64,000 bases of DNA from an uncultured delta proteobacterium. GTDB lineage: Bacteria; Desulfobacterota; Binatia; UBA9968. Shown here piece after piece: positions 62,682 through 64,000 of this stretch. Numbering within the stretch: position 1 is the first letter of the stretch; each line of letters begins with the position of its first letter. Below the pieces are notes generated by a model. The model saw only the letters and a list, made by a program, of their open reading frames with translations. It searched no databases and had not been told where the DNA came from. The stretch is from the NCBI GenBank assembly GCA_963816145.1, contig CAWFJP010000004.1, positions 288,001 to 352,000 on the forward strand. Reading direction: 5' to 3'. Position numbers and translations under genes: made by a program.

Positions 62682-63313
62682 GCGTGATTGATAAGAAATA
62701 CCTGAGCATTGTATCCCACTATGAAAACTGCCTGGCACAGTACGGGGATAATCACTTGGGCGTTGACTGGCCGAAGAAAGCGGACGCTGAGACCCGCTAC
62801 CGAATTATGCTTGAAATCATCAAACCATGTGCTGACCGTGACGTTAGCCTCCTTGACTTTGGCTGCGGCGCGTCTCACCTGTATGAGCATATGTTGAAGC
62901 GAAATATGCGTGGTATCATTTATGCCGGGCTGGATTTGTCCGAGAAATTTACGCAGTTATCAAAAAACAAGTTTCCAGGAAATAAGTATTACTGCCTGGA
63001 TATTCTAGGCCAGAGCGGTCAGCTTCCTGGCTTCGATTATGTGGTCATGAATGGGGTTTTCACAGAGAAGCGGGAGCTTTCGTTCGATGACATGCTCGCC
63101 TATTTTAAGCAGATGCTAAAGACGATATTCAACAAAACCGCCATAGGTCTGGCGTTTAATGTTATGTCGAAGCAGGTGGATTGGGAAAGAGAAGATTTAT
63201 TCCATCTGCCTTTAGAGACCTTGGCTGATTTTCTAACCAGACAATTAAGCAGGAATTTCGTCATAAGGAACGACTACGGCCTTCATGAGTATACGACCTA
63301 CGTTTACAAATAA
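62678..63313 (+). CDS. class I SAM-dependent methyltransferase
   Basis: GVDW, LLDFGCG, YAGLD, DYVVMNGVF, AFNVMS. Confidence 0.82.
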   Translation: MSVIDKKYLSIVSHYENCLAQYGDNHLGVDWPKKADAETRYRIMLEIIKPCADRDVSLLDFGCGASHLYEHMLKRNMRGIIYAGLDLSEKFTQLSKNKFPGNKYYCLDILGQSGQLPGFDYVVMNGVFTEKRELSFDDMLAYFKQMLKTIFNKTAIGLAFNVMSKQVDWEREDLFHLPLETLADFLTRQLSRNFVIRNDYGLHEYTTYVYK

Positions 63314-63325
63314 AGGTTCAGGCAG

Positions 63326-63988
63326 ATGGCGAAAGTCATTATTTTTGGCTTACAAGACCTTGCGTCCCTGGCTCACTTCTATTTAAAACATGATAGTGAG
63401 CATGAAGTCGCGGCTTTTACTGTTACTCAAGAATATCTCTCTACAGAAAAGACGTTTGAGGGCTTACCGATTGTTCCATTTGAAGAGATAGAAACCGCTT
63501 ACAGTCCACCAGAATTTAGGTTTTTTGCGCCAATGTCGCACCGGAAAATGAATCGTCTCCGCGAGTCCATTTACCTGCAGGCGAAAGGCAAAGGCTACCA
63601 ACTGATCAGCTATGTTAGTTCGAAGGCGACCATTTTCCCGGGCGCAAAAATTGGTGATAACTGCTTTATTTTGGAAGACAACACTATCCAACCGTATACC
63701 GCTATTGGTAACAATGTGATCTTATGGAGTGGAAATCACATCGGACATCATAGCGTGATTAAAGATCATGTTTTCTTCACCTCCCACGTGGTTCTATCTG
63801 GCCATTGCACCGTCGAGCCGTACTCTTTCTTTGGCGTCAACTCGACTATCCGAGACGGGCTGCATATTGCCGAAGGCTCTTTAATTGCGATGGGCGCGTG
63901 CGTTACCAAAGATACGGAACCTTGGGGGGTTTACGATGGTGTTCCAGCGCAGAGAAGGAAAGTGTCAAGCAAGGATTTGGATTTTTGA
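63326..63988 (+). CDS. hexapeptide-repeat sugar acetyltransferase (NeuD/PglD-like)
   Basis: left-handed beta-helix repeats IGDNCFI, IGNNVIL, HIGHHS; GVYDGVPA. Confidence 0.85.
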   Translation: MAKVIIFGLQDLASLAHFYLKHDSEHEVAAFTVTQEYLSTEKTFEGLPIVPFEEIETAYSPPEFRFFAPMSHRKMNRLRESIYLQAKGKGYQLISYVSSKATIFPGAKIGDNCFILEDNTIQPYTAIGNNVILWSGNHIGHHSVIKDHVFFTSHVVLSGHCTVEPYSFFGVNSTIRDGLHIAEGSLIAMGACVTKDTEPWGVYDGVPAQRRKVSSKDLDF

Positions 63989-64000
63989 GAAACCCTGAAG

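Overview
GC-rich diderm bacterial chromosome. The ribosomal proteins look deltaproteobacterial (Desulfobacterota/Binatia-like); this is inference only. 1-27.9 kb is the core transcription/translation supercluster (rplA-rplJ-rplL-rpoBC, str, S10, spc, alpha). It lacks tuf after fusA and rpmD after rpsE, and has a terminator-like hairpin between rpsG and fusA. 28-44 kb holds housekeeping genes: cysD-cysNC, a cupin, a frameshifted beta-hydroxyacid dehydrogenase, a KptA/Tpt1-like RNA 2'-phosphotransferase, argS, a SPOR protein, trpDCFBA, folC and lptD. 44-64 kb is a mosaic surface-glycan locus (GT2, wzm/wzt, GT2-GT2, GT4, three SAM methyltransferases, GNAT, hexapeptide acetyltransferase, IS91-like remnant). 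The best candidate for an undescribed system sits between wzt and the glycosyltransferases. Three Sec-exported proteins with unrelated N-termini (S8/S53-like protease, FN3 protein, PQQ sugar dehydrogenase) end in the same four-repeat DUF4214-like module, and two copies are ~98% identical in DNA. The same block also has a lipoprotein that is a free-standing copy of the protease propeptide, a putative sigma-54 promoter, and a c-di-GMP-I riboswitch with a variant ligand-pocket base. No tRNA, rRNA or CRISPR array was seen.
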